Part shown: piece by piece, positions 1-8,264 of the stretch
How positions within the stretch are numbered: the stretch's first letter is position 1
Layout: each line of letters begins with the position of its first letter
DNA from: Candidatus Diapherotrites archaeon CG08_land_8_20_14_0_20_30_16
GTDB taxonomy: Archaea; Iainarchaeota; Iainarchaeia; Iainarchaeales; 0-14-0-20-30-16
Direction of reading: 5' to 3'
Length of the DNA stretch: 21,100 nt
Assembly (NCBI GenBank): GCA_002779075.1
Contig: PEXK01000024.1
Span: forward strand, 1 to 21,100
The notes under the pieces: generated by a model
Told to the model about the DNA's origin: nothing
What the model saw: only the letters and a program-made list of their open reading frames with translations
The model's database searches: none
Position numbers and translations under genes: made by a program

Positions 1-1860
1 ATAACAACATTAAAAAGTGTGGAGAAAACCCCTGGATTGTATGAAGGCAATTTAACTGTGGGATACTTAATCCCTGCACAAAGCGAAGTCGAAATAAGTG
101 CTAATTACTCTAAAGGAACTGGAAAGATGACAAATAAAAAATCTGTGCCTATAAGCCTAACGCCAATAGATTCAATCAGTCCTATAACAAACTATGAAAC
201 AAATTATATGGAGACAAAAGAAGATGCTTTTACAGTTGGTAACACCATAAATACTTTGACAGTGTGTTTCAAATTGCCAGATGCTAGCTTCGATGACCAA
301 ATGTTTGGAAAGTTAGTGTTGAGTGGTGTTAAAGATGTAGAATTCAAATTGGAAGAGCTGGAAAACAAATGCTATAATATTTATCCAGAATATAAAGTGC
401 AGAAAGAAGACATCACAAATGGCTTAAGTGTGAAGTTTAAAGATGTGAAAGATGTATTTGGGAATTATGTTAAGTCTACACAGATAAAGAAGTTTGATGT
501 TATACCACTGCCAAAAGTGTTTGATTTGGTTCTGCTTGAGCCTGTTGGTGAGAAAATAAATCTGGGACAAACAGTTTATGTAAAGGCTAAACCAATTGTT
601 AAAGAGGGATTTACTTTTAGTGATTTGAAAGAACTGAAAGCTTATGTTTTGTATAATGAAAAAAAATATAATCTTGAATTAAAAGATGTAAATGGGGAGA
701 AGGTCTTTGTAGGAGAAATAGCATCTGAATTGGGTTCTGAAATTGTTTTCAAAGTGTTTGTTTCTAGTACTTACAAAGGAGCACTGGCAGAAGAATCTGT
801 TACAAAGAAACTGCAGACAACAAATGAACTGAATGTATTAGTATTAAGTCCAAACGAATCAGGAGTAATTGATTCATTAGGAAAAGTAATAATATCACTT
901 AATTATCAAAACGGAATGCCTTATGATAATAATACTTTAACATTAAATTTAAATGATAAAAATACTGTTTTTAATAAAATCATTGAAGGCAAATATGCTG
1001 GTGCATTTGCTGCAGATAGCTCAGATGTGGGTTTCTTTAAAAGTGGTGCTCTGCAAATTAAGGGTAAGGATGCAAAAGGAAATACAGTTTCTTACACTAC
1101 AGATTTGCCTGCAATGGCATGGAAACTGCCACTATATGTGTATTATATCTTTTTGGGTGTGTTTGTTTTGATAGCAATTTTGACAGTAGTTCTAAAAAGG
1201 GAAGCAAGAAAGAGAAAAGAAATAGTTGCAAAAACTGTTGCATTATCTGCTGAAATTAAAGAAGGACTTAAAGAAAAAAGTATTAAAGAACAACTTGAAG
1301 AACAAAACGCAAAATTAAAAGCAGCAAAGGACACCCGCGAGAAGATAATCCATGAACATTTTACTTTGGCTACTCCAGATAATATATATTCTGATCGACT
1401 GGCTCGCATAGATGGCGAAATTACAAGCATTGAGAAAACAATTGCAAAATTAAACTATCAACAAAAAAATGTGCCAGAAAATCAAATAGAAGATAAACAT
1501 AAAGCAATGGAAAAGAAATTAGGTTTTGAAACCGAAACAAAAAAAGAATTGAATAAAGAATCAAAAATATATGAAAAAGCACAAGAGTTTATGATGAATG
1601 AAATGCCTGAAGGAAAAAAGAAATTGCAAAATATAAAAGAGGAAATAGAAAAAAAGATTTATACTAAATATAAAGAAGTTATAGATAAAAAGGTAGAGAA
1701 TATTCTCCCTCTTAAAGATAAGTATTCTTCAGAAGAAATTAAAATTGCACTAAAAGAAGGAGATTTGCCAGATCAAGTAATAGGTATTATAATTAAAAAA
1801 CTATATCCCGAAAAAGAGAGCTTTAATGAAGAAAAAGAAGATAAACGGGTTGGAATGTAA
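1..1860 (+). CDS. Membrane-anchored surface protein, probably 5'-truncated by the window edge: extracellular N-terminal region, one TM helix, Lys/Glu-rich coiled-coil cytoplasmic tail
   Basis: Frame 1 is open from nt 1, with no stop before the GTG at 19 used by the ORF track, so the gene likely starts upstream of the window. The translation has a hydrophobic helix LPLYVYYIFLGVFVLIAILTVVL followed by KREARKRKE (positive-inside). A ~220-aa K/E-rich heptad-like tail follows. The N-terminal ~370 aa are beta-rich with several N-x-S/T sequons. No family recognised. Confidence 0.6.
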   Translation: MTTLKSVEKTPGLYEGNLTVGYLIPAQSEVEISANYSKGTGKMTNKKSVPISLTPIDSISPITNYETNYMETKEDAFTVGNTINTLTVCFKLPDASFDDQMFGKLVLSGVKDVEFKLEELENKCYNIYPEYKVQKEDITNGLSVKFKDVKDVFGNYVKSTQIKKFDVIPLPKVFDLVLLEPVGEKINLGQTVYVKAKPIVKEGFTFSDLKELKAYVLYNEKKYNLELKDVNGEKVFVGEIASELGSEIVFKVFVSSTYKGALAEESVTKKLQTTNELNVLVLSPNESGVIDSLGKVIISLNYQNGMPYDNNTLTLNLNDKNTVFNKIIEGKYAGAFAADSSDVGFFKSGALQIKGKDAKGNTVSYTTDLPAMAWKLPLYVYYIFLGVFVLIAILTVVLKREARKRKEIVAKTVALSAEIKEGLKEKSIKEQLEEQNAKLKAAKDTREKIIHEHFTLATPDNIYSDRLARIDGEITSIEKTIAKLNYQQKNVPENQIEDKHKAMEKKLGFETETKKELNKESKIYEKAQEFMMNEMPEGKKKLQNIKEEIEKKIYTKYKEVIDKKVENILPLKDKYSSEEIKIALKEGDLPDQVIGIIIKKLYPEKESFNEEKEDKRVGM

Positions 1861-1894
1861 TTTGTACTTGTAGAGAATATAAAAAATTATTTGT

Positions 1895-2770
1895 GTGGGT
1901 GGTTTTGTGGTTATTAAAAAGAAAAAAGATGATTTAATGTTAAAGTCAGAATCAAAAAAGCCTAAATTGGCTTCCAAAGAATTAATGGATGCAATTTTTA
2001 CAGAGAATATATCACGAGAAGCAACAAATGCAATTTCAAAGTATCCATTTAAGTATAAAAAAGAACTGGATCTATATAAAATGGCAGTTAATTGGCCAAA
2101 TATATGGAAATTTAATGAGTTTGCAAAAGTAGTGTCTCACAATTACCAAAATCTTGAGAAATTATTTGCAAAGTTGGAAGAAGAATTTGGTTTTGAAAAG
2201 TATATAATAAGTGCTTTGGCACCAGAAATTGACAAAATAAAAATATCTACAAATAAAGAATTGGGACTTGATTTTGAGTCGTCACCAGAATTGGTTAAAG
2301 AAACAGAATTAAATTTAAAGTATGACTACAAAAGAAAAGTAGGACGGGCCATAAAAAAGTTGAAACCATATAAAGATAAATATCCGAAAGAAAAAATAAT
2401 AGAAGTAATAAAATTTAAAATATATATTAAAAGGAATTGGTTATATAAAGTCTGGAAACGGATTACTGATTTTTTTACTTTTAGTTTTCAAAAGGAAGAA
2501 CAAATATTGGATTTAAAAATTATAGTGGAACTAGTTGAAGACTTACCTAAAAATGTAGTAGATACCATTTTGAAGTATTCTGTAGAAGATAAAAAAAATA
2601 GATTTTGGTTTGGAATACAGTTTTTAAAACCGGAAGATGCAAGAAAAATAATATTGACCAATTATAAAAATTCGCATAAGTTACTAAAGGAATTAAAAAG
2701 TGCAATTCTAAAAGAAATTGATAAACAACCCAAAAATAAAGAAACAAATAATTTTAAAAGAACACATTAA
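1895..2770 (+). CDS. Hypothetical Lys-rich soluble protein, middle gene of a three-gene envelope cluster
   Basis: A 291-aa ORF with no TM segment, starting 35 nt after the upstream gene; its stop lies only 11 nt before the ATG at 2782. The start is uncertain: GTG at 1895 or in-frame ATG at 1937 (MLKSESKK...). It shares a short motif with the C-terminus of the upstream protein (see findings). Confidence 0.5.
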   Translation: MGGFVVIKKKKDDLMLKSESKKPKLASKELMDAIFTENISREATNAISKYPFKYKKELDLYKMAVNWPNIWKFNEFAKVVSHNYQNLEKLFAKLEEEFGFEKYIISALAPEIDKIKISTNKELGLDFESSPELVKETELNLKYDYKRKVGRAIKKLKPYKDKYPKEKIIEVIKFKIYIKRNWLYKVWKRITDFFTFSFQKEEQILDLKIIVELVEDLPKNVVDTILKYSVEDKKNRFWFGIQFLKPEDARKIILTNYKNSHKLLKELKSAILKEIDKQPKNKETNNFKRTH

Positions 2771-2781
2771 AGGTGAATACT

Positions 2782-4578
2782 ATGCAAGATTTCAATACCC
2801 AAGAATTAGGAATGAACCTAGATGCAGAAGTTTTTGGAGAAGAGAATCAAAAAACAAGTGCATTTGATAAAATCAAGCCACACATAGGAACAATAATAAA
2901 GATAATTATTTTATTAGGGATTCTTTTTTTGTCTTATTATTTCTTCTTTATGCGTTATACCTATGTTACTTTTGAAGTTCAAAACCTGTCAAAAGGTCTA
3001 AATGGGAATATGGAAACAACAACAATAACTTTAGAAAAAGAAGGAAAACAAAATAATTACAATACAGGAGAAAGTATTAAAATATTGCCTGGAGATTATA
3101 CAGTATCAATAAATGATCCTGAATTGAACAACCTTTTTCTTGCTAATGACAAACTCTCAATAACAAAAGATGATGAAGGAACAACAAAAACAATTATCCT
3201 ATATCCTGACTGGACATCTAAATTGAAGGCTGCTAGAATTGAGGGCCCAAGCACAATTTATGAAGGACAAAAAGTGGATTTGAAATTTACAATCAATAAT
3301 ACAGGCAAACCAATTAATATCACCTTAAAAGGAGACGGAGATTTCAATAATGTTATTGAGGACTGGGATTTAGGAACAGGAACAAAAACTAAAATAATTA
3401 GTTATATTAACAAAAGAAAAGCTGACAAAGCACAAAAAACTTTGGGCAGTCTTTATATTGAAAAAACTGGTGATAAATTCAAAAAGAGTTTTAGTGCAAA
3501 AATAAAAAAAGCACCACAAATCAAATTAAATACTCCTGCTAGCTATTCAGTAAAAGCTGGCCAGGATTTGAAAATCATATTTGAGCTTGATAATCCAACA
3601 AACACACCAGTAGATTCTTTGCAACTGGAATTATCTAATGCAAATATTGATTCTGATATTTTAAAATCATGGATCCAAACTCAGTCAAAAGATATAAACC
3701 TAGGTCTTGGAAAAACAAGCACTTATATAACATTAAGAATTCCTTTGAACCAAAGTGGAAACGATATTACTTTCGATGCAATCTTCAAAAACAGCTACGT
3801 TAATGTTAAAAAATCTGTTACTTTGAAAATAGCACAGGCAGATATTATTATTCCAAAAAATTTAGATTTTGGATTAGTAACTGCAGGAACAGGTATCAAA
3901 CAAAAAACCATTTTAATTGAAAATAACACTGAATTTTCAATAACCTTGAAAAAGGATTTTGACCCTGCTACTAATGTAAATATTACAAGCCCTGCAGATC
4001 CTCAAAACAAAGTCTCTGATTTACTGCAAATCTTTTCTGTTGATATCCCTGATAAAATAGAACCTAAAGCAAAAGTAGAGATCCCTATAACTCTAATTAT
4101 ACCCCCAAATTTTGAATCCGATGCTTTAAAAGGAACTATAACAATAAATACTGGGGGTTCTGAAGACAGCAAAAACGATTTTGTAATTCCTTTTACCTTA
4201 AATATTGTAGGCATTAGTTTAAAGCTTGAACTTCAAAGCCTGCAATCAGAATATAAATTTACATTTGATGAAGTTAGCCAACAAAGTGAAAAAAAATTAT
4301 TTCCATTAACTCTGAAAAATTCAGGCAATGTAGATCTTAATATAATGGATATTAAAATAAATAACTGCAGCGATTTTGGTGATAAAGAACAAATAACAGT
4401 TCCCTTAACAATAAAAAAAGGAGAGTCACAAGGCTTTTTTTTAGTATTGAAAAAAATATATAAAACAAATTTAACAGAACCAAAAAGCTGTAGCTTTGAC
4501 ATCTCTTACCAAGATCCAACAATACCAAATGCTGTTAGCTTTAGCACTAAAACATATCCTTTCTCAATCAGTCCTTAG
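2782..4578 (+). CDS. N-terminally anchored (type II) surface protein with repeated CARDB/Ig-like beta domains
   Basis: AGGTGA at 2771-2776 lies 5 nt before ATG 2782; the ORF track starts at the in-frame GTG 2773. There is one TM, IIKIIILLGILFLSYYFFFM, after a ~40-aa N-terminal tail. At least four segments then follow the alternating beta pattern ending in N-x-G/N-x-T: GQKVDLKFTINNTGKPINITL, GQDLKIIFELDNPTNTPV, KQKTILIENNTEFSITL, KKLFPLTLKNSGNVDLNI. This pattern is typical of CARDB-like cell-surface domains. Confidence 0.65.
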   Translation: MQDFNTQELGMNLDAEVFGEENQKTSAFDKIKPHIGTIIKIIILLGILFLSYYFFFMRYTYVTFEVQNLSKGLNGNMETTTITLEKEGKQNNYNTGESIKILPGDYTVSINDPELNNLFLANDKLSITKDDEGTTKTIILYPDWTSKLKAARIEGPSTIYEGQKVDLKFTINNTGKPINITLKGDGDFNNVIEDWDLGTGTKTKIISYINKRKADKAQKTLGSLYIEKTGDKFKKSFSAKIKKAPQIKLNTPASYSVKAGQDLKIIFELDNPTNTPVDSLQLELSNANIDSDILKSWIQTQSKDINLGLGKTSTYITLRIPLNQSGNDITFDAIFKNSYVNVKKSVTLKIAQADIIIPKNLDFGLVTAGTGIKQKTILIENNTEFSITLKKDFDPATNVNITSPADPQNKVSDLLQIFSVDIPDKIEPKAKVEIPITLIIPPNFESDALKGTITINTGGSEDSKNDFVIPFTLNIVGISLKLELQSLQSEYKFTFDEVSQQSEKKLFPLTLKNSGNVDLNIMDIKINNCSDFGDKEQITVPLTIKKGESQGFFLVLKKIYKTNLTEPKSCSFDISYQDPTIPNAVSFSTKTYPFSISP

Positions 4579-4675
4579 CACACTAGACAGGATAATTTTA
4601 TATGCGACCAGGATGTAATTTTCATACACAATCAACACACAAAATTAATGTATAATTGTGCTGTTTACTGTGATG

Positions 4676-5842
4676 TTAAAGTGTGAAATTAGTTTCATCG
4701 ATTTCATAATCTTTTAAATGCAGATTGTGTCTGTCATCAAATACTTTTTTGGAATATTTTACTTCATCCTCGCAGACCTTTTCAAATAGTATTTTTCCAC
4801 CTTTTGGACTCAAGTCTGTGAGTGTTACTTTTAGTTGATTATCTTCAACAATTATTTTTGCATATCTCTTTGTTTTTGGAACCAAAAATTTCAAATTATC
4901 ACTGAAAGAATATTCCTCTCTCCAAGTATCCAACACTAGAACCCATTTGTTAATCTTTGTATGATATTCATTTACTTTCTCATGTGCATGCCCAAAAATA
5001 ACTAATTTCGTTGTGCTAGGCACTCTCTTTACTGATTTCATAAGAGTTCTTAATTGAATATCAAAAGTCTTTCGTACAAAATTATATAATGTAACAAAAA
5101 TTATTTTAAGATAAATCTTAAAATAGTCACGTAATATGTAATTATATATTGAAAATAATAAGTGGTAAAAATAAAACCTCAATATTAAATAAGTTATATG
5201 AGCTTTATACCCTGGCATTAATCTTAATATGCTTTTTCTATCTTCTATTCGTTCTAAAAAAGGATGTATTTCTTTTTGATCCATAAAAAAGGCATTGAAT
5301 CCAGAAAACAGTGCAGGAATGTTCAATTCTTTTCTACCTTTGTAATTCCTGAAAATCTTTTTTGGGTCATAACCAAAATAAATATCATACTGATGACCAT
5401 GTTCAATATAAATTTTATTCTCAAAATAAGTTTGTTGGAATAAAATAGACTTACTTTCCAAAATAGACTTCATCTTTTCCTGTATTTCTGGAAATAAAAG
5501 CTCATAATCATGATTTCCATGCAAGAAATACAATTTATGCTTTTTGTCTTGTAAGAATAATTTCAAAGCATTAAAAACAGTTTCGTGGCTTTTGTAAATA
5601 TAACCTAATTTTTCCAAAGCAATGTTCACTGTTATGTGCTCTAAATAGAAGGTAAATCTTTTTCTCACAATTGGACACTTCAAAAAATCTAAAGTGTCAC
5701 CATTCAGCACTAAATCCACTTCACCTTTACTCTGTGATATTTTCTCTAAAATATCTACCAATAAACCATCACTTGCAAAATCATCTGTAATTGTGCCACC
5801 GCCAAATTCAATATCCGAGAAAACGTACACTTCTTTAGGCAT
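4676..5842 (-). CDS. Calcineurin-like metallophosphoesterase (LpxH-like architecture with a hydrophobic insertion)
   Basis: The ordered motifs are VFSDIEFGGG (motif I, with D-x-E instead of D-x-H), NGDTLDF (GDxxD), GNHDYE (GNHD/E), EHGHQYD (GH) and FGHAHE (GHxH). A Tyr/Phe/Ile-rich insertion (ITYLILRFYFYHLLFSIYNYIL...IIFVTLYNFV) sits between motifs IV and V. Confidence 0.8.
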   Translation of the reverse strand: MPKEVYVFSDIEFGGGTITDDFASDGLLVDILEKISQSKGEVDLVLNGDTLDFLKCPIVRKRFTFYLEHITVNIALEKLGYIYKSHETVFNALKLFLQDKKHKLYFLHGNHDYELLFPEIQEKMKSILESKSILFQQTYFENKIYIEHGHQYDIYFGYDPKKIFRNYKGRKELNIPALFSGFNAFFMDQKEIHPFLERIEDRKSILRLMPGYKAHITYLILRFYFYHLLFSIYNYILRDYFKIYLKIIFVTLYNFVRKTFDIQLRTLMKSVKRVPSTTKLVIFGHAHEKVNEYHTKINKWVLVLDTWREEYSFSDNLKFLVPKTKRYAKIIVEDNQLKVTLTDLSPKGGKILFEKVCEDEVKYSKKVFDDRHNLHLKDYEIDETNFTL

Positions 5843-6014
5843 AATCTATCACAACAATAAGAAATAAGCATAGAAAGATAAATAAACAGTTTGTGGTTAT
5901 TCTTGCCAAACAAAATTATCTAATTAAAAAGAATTCCAAACCTAAAAAACAGCACAAAGATTTTAAACATTGCGTGCATATATAAAAATATAAAGTATAA
6001 AGAGATAAGATAAA

Positions 6015-6377
6015 ATGAAAAAACCCTATGTTAAGAAATATAAAAAAGTTTTTGAGTTCAGTGTAATGCTAGTAGATGGCAAGTACATTCGTGAAAATAT
6101 TGACATAGAGTTCACTAATTGTGCCCAACATTACCAATTCGACTTCATCCCGAAAAACGAGTTTTGGATAGACAAAAATAGAATCCCTGGTGAAGAAGAT
6201 TATTACATTAAATCTATGCTTATAATGAATAGACTTTTGGCACAAAGCGTAAAACATAGGAAAGCAGTTAAAATTGCAGACAAAGCAGAAAAAGCATTAA
6301 GGCAACAATCTGATTACACAAAACAATACGAACCTTTGAAAAAAAGTAAAAAAAAGCTTATTGATTTTATACATTAA
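6015..6377 (+). CDS. Small hypothetical protein, paralog 1 of a tandem pair
   Basis: A 120-aa ORF with an ATG start. It aligns to the next ORF: MLVDGKYIRENIDIEFT...FIPKNEFWIDKN versus WLVNGRAVRDLFYTDFT...FVPKYEIWLDDN. Confidence 0.55.
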   Translation: MKKPYVKKYKKVFEFSVMLVDGKYIRENIDIEFTNCAQHYQFDFIPKNEFWIDKNRIPGEEDYYIKSMLIMNRLLAQSVKHRKAVKIADKAEKALRQQSDYTKQYEPLKKSKKKLIDFIH

Positions 6378-6383
6378 AAGTTT

Positions 6384-6722
6384 TTGAAGAGTTATAGCAA
6401 TAGTAGAGTCAAAGTGTGGTTAGTTAATGGCAGAGCAGTCAGAGATTTGTTTTATACTGATTTTACACACGGCGGAAATGACAAAGTGTACAAATTTGTA
6501 CCTAAATATGAAATCTGGCTAGATGACAACCTGAGCCCTGCAGAAAGAAGATTTGCAGCTGTACATGAACTATATGAAAGGAATACAATGGCATACAAAA
6601 AGCTGTGCTATGATGATTCACACGATTTAGCAAGCGAGTTAGAACTTTTTTACAGACACAATCCAAAAAATGTTATGAAAAGAATAAGATATGAAGCTCA
6701 CAGAGCAAAAGACGATTGCTAA
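6384..6722 (+). CDS. Small hypothetical protein, paralog 2 of the tandem pair; carries an HELYE (HExxE) motif
   Basis: A 112-aa ORF with a TTG start 6 nt after the upstream stop; there is no in-frame ATG near the N-terminus. It is homologous to 6015-6377 by eye. It contains AAVHELYERNTM...SHDLASELE, where paralog 1 has no His/Glu. Confidence 0.5.
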   Translation: MKSYSNSRVKVWLVNGRAVRDLFYTDFTHGGNDKVYKFVPKYEIWLDDNLSPAERRFAAVHELYERNTMAYKKLCYDDSHDLASELELFYRHNPKNVMKRIRYEAHRAKDDC

Positions 6723-6792
6723 AAACAGAGAAAACTATTTATATCCCTAAGCTATATTTAGATGCAGAGATATACTTAATTGGAGGGTTTAA

Positions 6793-7332
6793 ATAAAAAT
6801 TATTGTACCAATTATAATTGCTCTTTTAGCAATTGTATTTGTTTTAAGCGGATGTGTCACTAATGATCAAAACAGTTCAGGCACACAGGTGAATTCAAAA
6901 GAATCTTTTATGGCAGCCATAACTTCTGGTTCAGAATTAAAATGTTCAATGGATGCAAATGGAATACCTGTAACTATTTATTTTACCAAAGATAAATATT
7001 TGTTAATAACAAAGACACCAGAAGCAGGGAATGTTTATTCTGCTATAAATTTGAAAGAAAAAATGGTTTATGCATGGGCCGACAAGCAAATGTATTCAAC
7101 AGATCAATTAAAAGCAATGGGCATTGAATTAGAACCTGGTAAAAAGATGGGAGTAAAATCAGATATCTCACAACAACCTAGTGAAGAAATAAAAGCAGAG
7201 GATTACAAACCAGAATGGAAATGTGAGTTGAGCACATATCCAATTATTTTGCCATCAGATTATCAATTTGTTGATATGAGCAAATTCTATGCTAGTGCAT
7301 CAACAAATGGAGCAGCAACACCAACAAATTAA
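6793..7332 (+). CDS. Putative lipoprotein (lipobox LSGC) with an apparent non-canonical start codon (ATA 6793 or ATT 6799/6802)
   Basis: The ORF track starts at GTG 6889. The same frame is open back to the TAA at 6790-6792 and encodes IKIIVPIIIALLAIVFVLSGCVTNDQNSSG, a textbook n-h-lipobox signal peptide. GGAGG at 6782-6786 lies 6 nt before ATA 6793, and a TATA-like box CTATTTATAT lies at ~6735-6744. There is no in-frame ATG, GTG or TTG between 6793 and 6888. Confidence 0.55.
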   Translation: MKIIVPIIIALLAIVFVLSGCVTNDQNSSGTQVNSKESFMAAITSGSELKCSMDANGIPVTIYFTKDKYLLITKTPEAGNVYSAINLKEKMVYAWADKQMYSTDQLKAMGIELEPGKKMGVKSDISQQPSEEIKAEDYKPEWKCELSTYPIILPSDYQFVDMSKFYASASTNGAATPTN

Positions 7333-7345
7333 ATGAACATCAAAT

Positions 7346-7380
7346 AAGAAAGGTTAATCCTTTCTTTTCTTTCTTTTTTT
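7346..7380. terminator. Hairpin plus T-tract between convergent genes
   Basis: The hairpin is AAGAAAGG-ttaat-CCTTTCTT (7346-7366). It is followed by TTTCTTTCTTTTTTTATTTTTT. Confidence 0.4.
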
Positions 7381-7561
7381 ATTTTTTGATAATTAGTAAA
7401 ATATATTCTGAATATTTCAGGTCTGGAATTTCATTAAACTGTGTTTCTTCCATAATCTTTCTATTCTTTTTTAAATTTGCTTTACTAAATTCTGCGGGTT
7501 TAAGACTATAATTAACTATCTTAAGATCTTTTATTATTGCTTTGATTTCATCAAATGTCAA
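7379..7561 (-). CDS. Small hypothetical ORF (60 aa), doubtful
   Basis: The only available start is TTG, and there is no SD or recognisable motif. It is listed only because it fills an otherwise empty gap. Confidence 0.2.
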   Translation of the reverse strand: MTFDEIKAIIKDLKIVNYSLKPAEFSKANLKKNRKIMEETQFNEIPDLKYSEYILLIIKK

Positions 7562-7684
7562 TGATGCATTTATTGATGTTAATTCTCTTTGTAATAAATA
7601 GTAGTTAAACTAAAAATTTCCTACGTAAAGGATTGGATTCAAAGCCAAAAACTAATAAATAATAGATATAATTATAAACTTAAT

Positions 7685-7722
7685 GTTAATATTATATTAA
7701 TAGGATATTAATATTAATTTAA
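7685..7722 (+). promoter_or_regulatory. AT-rich palindromic repeats upstream of the toxin-antitoxin operon (candidate promoter/operator)
   Basis: TTAATATTA occurs at 7686-7694 and 7708-7716, 22 nt start-to-start. Both copies sit within gTTAATATTATATTAAtaggATATTAATATTAATtt, directly upstream of AAGGTGA (7724-7730) and ATG 7736. Confidence 0.3.
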
Positions 7723-7735
7723 TAAGGTGATATTT

Positions 7736-7966
7736 ATGGTACAAGCAATAATAAATATATCTGAAGATGCAAATATGATTTTGAATGTGATAAAAGCAAA
7801 ATATGGCTTAAAAGATAAATCTGAAGCAATAACAACCATGGCTGAAGAATATAAAAATAAATTGTTAGAACCAGAACTTAAACCAGAATTCATAGAGAAA
7901 ATGACAAAAATAGCAAAGCAAAAAAGTATTAAAGTAAATAATTTTGCAAAACGATATGGTTTGTGA
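7736..7966 (+). CDS. Antitoxin, archaeal DUF2683-like, partner of the RelE-family toxin
   Basis: ATG 7736 is preceded by AAGGTGA; the ORF track starts at GTG 7727. The 76-aa product MVQAIINISEDANMILNVIKAKYGLKDKSEAI... resembles the small archaeal antitoxin family found upstream of RelE-like genes. Its stop lies 5 nt before the toxin ATG. Confidence 0.65.
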   Translation: MVQAIINISEDANMILNVIKAKYGLKDKSEAITTMAEEYKNKLLEPELKPEFIEKMTKIAKQKSIKVNNFAKRYGL

Positions 7967-7971
7967 TTTAA

Positions 7972-8256
7972 ATGTATGATTTGTATATCAAACCATATGC
8001 AGATAAAATCTTCAAAAAAATGACAAAGAAAGAAAAAGATACTTTACAAATAATTAATGATAAGATTACAGAGATAAGAGGTAACCCCAATCATGAATAC
8101 AAATACCTGCATACACCTTTGCAAGGATTTAACAGAGCACATATAAAAAGAAACTTTGTTCTAATTTTCAAGATAATTCATTCAGAACAAAAGGTTGAAA
8201 TCTGGGCTTACGAACATCATGATATTGTGTATAAAGGCAATTGGTTAAATCAATAA
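7972..8256 (+). CDS. relE: RelE/ParE-superfamily type II toxin (mRNA interferase-like)
   Basis: The 94-aa product has the family layout: an N-terminal helix pair (ADKIFKKMTKKEKDTLQIINDKITEIRGNP), then LQGFNRAHIKRNFVLIFKIIHSEQKVEIWAYEHHDIVYK. Its position immediately after a small antitoxin gene also fits. Confidence 0.8.
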   Translation: MYDLYIKPYADKIFKKMTKKEKDTLQIINDKITEIRGNPNHEYKYLHTPLQGFNRAHIKRNFVLIFKIIHSEQKVEIWAYEHHDIVYKGNWLNQ

Positions 8257-8264
8257 GAAAAGAG

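Noticed and set aside
953-1430. ORFs 953-1171 (+) and 1143-1430 (-) inside the first gene. The same applies to 2547-2747, 4002-4214, 4233-4502, 6069-6257, 15616-15822, 16943-17230, 18112-18568, 19722-19928 and 20623-20805.
   Set aside because: These are alternative-frame or antisense shadows wholly inside longer, better-supported genes. Their translations are low-complexity and Leu/Phe/Ile-rich, as expected from AT-rich DNA. None has start signals.
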